This document shows, in pieces, positions 63,315 to 64,000 of a stretch of DNA of 64,000 nt. The DNA lies in IMG/VR virus record IMGVR_UViG_3300038455_000036, positions 6,038 to 70,037 of that record; one strand, written 5' to 3'. The position numbers and the translations under genes were made by a program. Under the pieces are notes generated by a model. That model saw only the letters and a list, made by a program, of their open reading frames with translations, did not search any database and had not been told where the DNA came from. Positions within the stretch are counted from its first letter, which is position 1. Each line of letters opens with the position of its first letter. The stretch is from a virus.

Positions 63315-63809
63315 ATGGATAAACAAATAAGTTTGATTGATACTGAACTAAGTAAGGATTTATTTATTCCAGTTAAAAATAGATTAGGATTAAATAAGCC
63401 AGAAGGTGGATTATGGTCTTGTCCATATACGCCAAACAATAAATATATTTCTGATTGGCACGAATTTTGTATGGAACAATTCCGGGATGGACTTAAAGAA
63501 AAAGCTGCAATATTCGACTTTAAATCAAATACTAGAATTTACACAGTAAATAGTCTACGAGATTTAAATGAATTATATATATCCTATGAACATAATGTCG
63601 GGGAATATGCGTTATTCAATACTTTAAACTATGAGGAATTATCAAAATATTTTGATATAATATATCTCACGCCAAAAGGACAGAGCGAAACAAGATTTAC
63701 TACGCCTGGATTATATGGATGGGACATAGAAAGTTGCCTAATTATGAATTTTGATTGCATAATGATAGACAAATATCTTGAAGATAAATTTTGCATAAAT
63801 TTTGCATAA
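63315..63809 (+). CDS. Hypothetical protein (KPxGGLWS...YGWDxES motifs)
   Basis: GAGGTG RBS after the shared 61-bp promoter; the stop codon lies inside the att arm. Confidence 0.7.
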   Translation: MDKQISLIDTELSKDLFIPVKNRLGLNKPEGGLWSCPYTPNNKYISDWHEFCMEQFRDGLKEKAAIFDFKSNTRIYTVNSLRDLNELYISYEHNVGEYALFNTLNYEELSKYFDIIYLTPKGQSETRFTTPGLYGWDIESCLIMNFDCIMIDKYLEDKFCINFA

Positions 63810-64000
63810 GAAAACAGTGCAAAATTGTATCAAGTCGAATAAAATCACATCGTCAGGCACGTTGATATTACTACAATGTGCCTATTTATCGTGTTCTATT
63901 CTGGTAAAATATAGCGAATTTCTAATCCGTTGGCCGGGGGTTCGAATCCCTTCAGGTACGCTAGATACAAGAAAAATCCGTTGAAAATTTGCATAAAAAT
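63789..64000 (+). repeat. Attachment-site direct repeat, right copy (tRNA-Arg 3' half at 63918-63960)
   Basis: Matches 3479-3690 up to the window edge. Confidence 0.93.

Larger units (their letters stand above)
3608..63960. mobile_element. Temperate siphovirus-like prophage targeting tRNA-Arg(TCT); unit length 60,310 bp between att copies
   Basis: Flanking att repeats, adjacent integrase, and a full set of lysogeny, replication, packaging, head, tail and lysis modules in canonical order. Confidence 0.93.

Noticed and set aside
63802-63984. 60-aa ORF across the right att site
   Set aside because: It runs through the att arm and tRNA fragment with no RBS; spurious.

Overview
Very AT-rich Clostridia/Bacillota-type DNA, almost entirely one apparently complete ~60.3 kb temperate siphovirus-like prophage (about 3608-63960). 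It is bounded by two copies of a 212-bp direct repeat, each containing the 3' half of a tRNA-Arg(TCT) flanked on both sides by phage arm sequence. Both junctions therefore look like attP, which suggests tandem related prophages. Modules in order: integrase/repressor/Cro/Xis, replication with intragenic iterons, early accessory operons, PBSX-type terminase, Mu-like head, non-contractile tail, lysis, and a right-end accessory region. The first 3.5 kb is the right end of a related neighbouring element and carries a compact Cas12f1-like nuclease, a tracrRNA candidate and a 5-repeat CRISPR array, with no cas1/cas2 in the cassette. The most unusual signals are non-coding. (i) A promoter-ORF-terminator cassette (62061-63220) in which an uncharacterised 241-aa protein is followed by two circularly permuted, anticodon-less tRNA-mimic RNAs; these are Y-RNA-like, but no Ro60 gene is present. 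(ii) A solitary type III-like CRISPR repeat with its own promoter and terminator (RNA anti-CRISPR candidate, 19069-19225). (iii) A variant type II hammerhead ribozyme (21401-21460). (iv) Four tandem ORF-less promoter-terminator units (53886-54524). A Tad1-family anti-defence sponge fusion is also present. All family assignments come from motif recognition by eye and memory; no database search was run.
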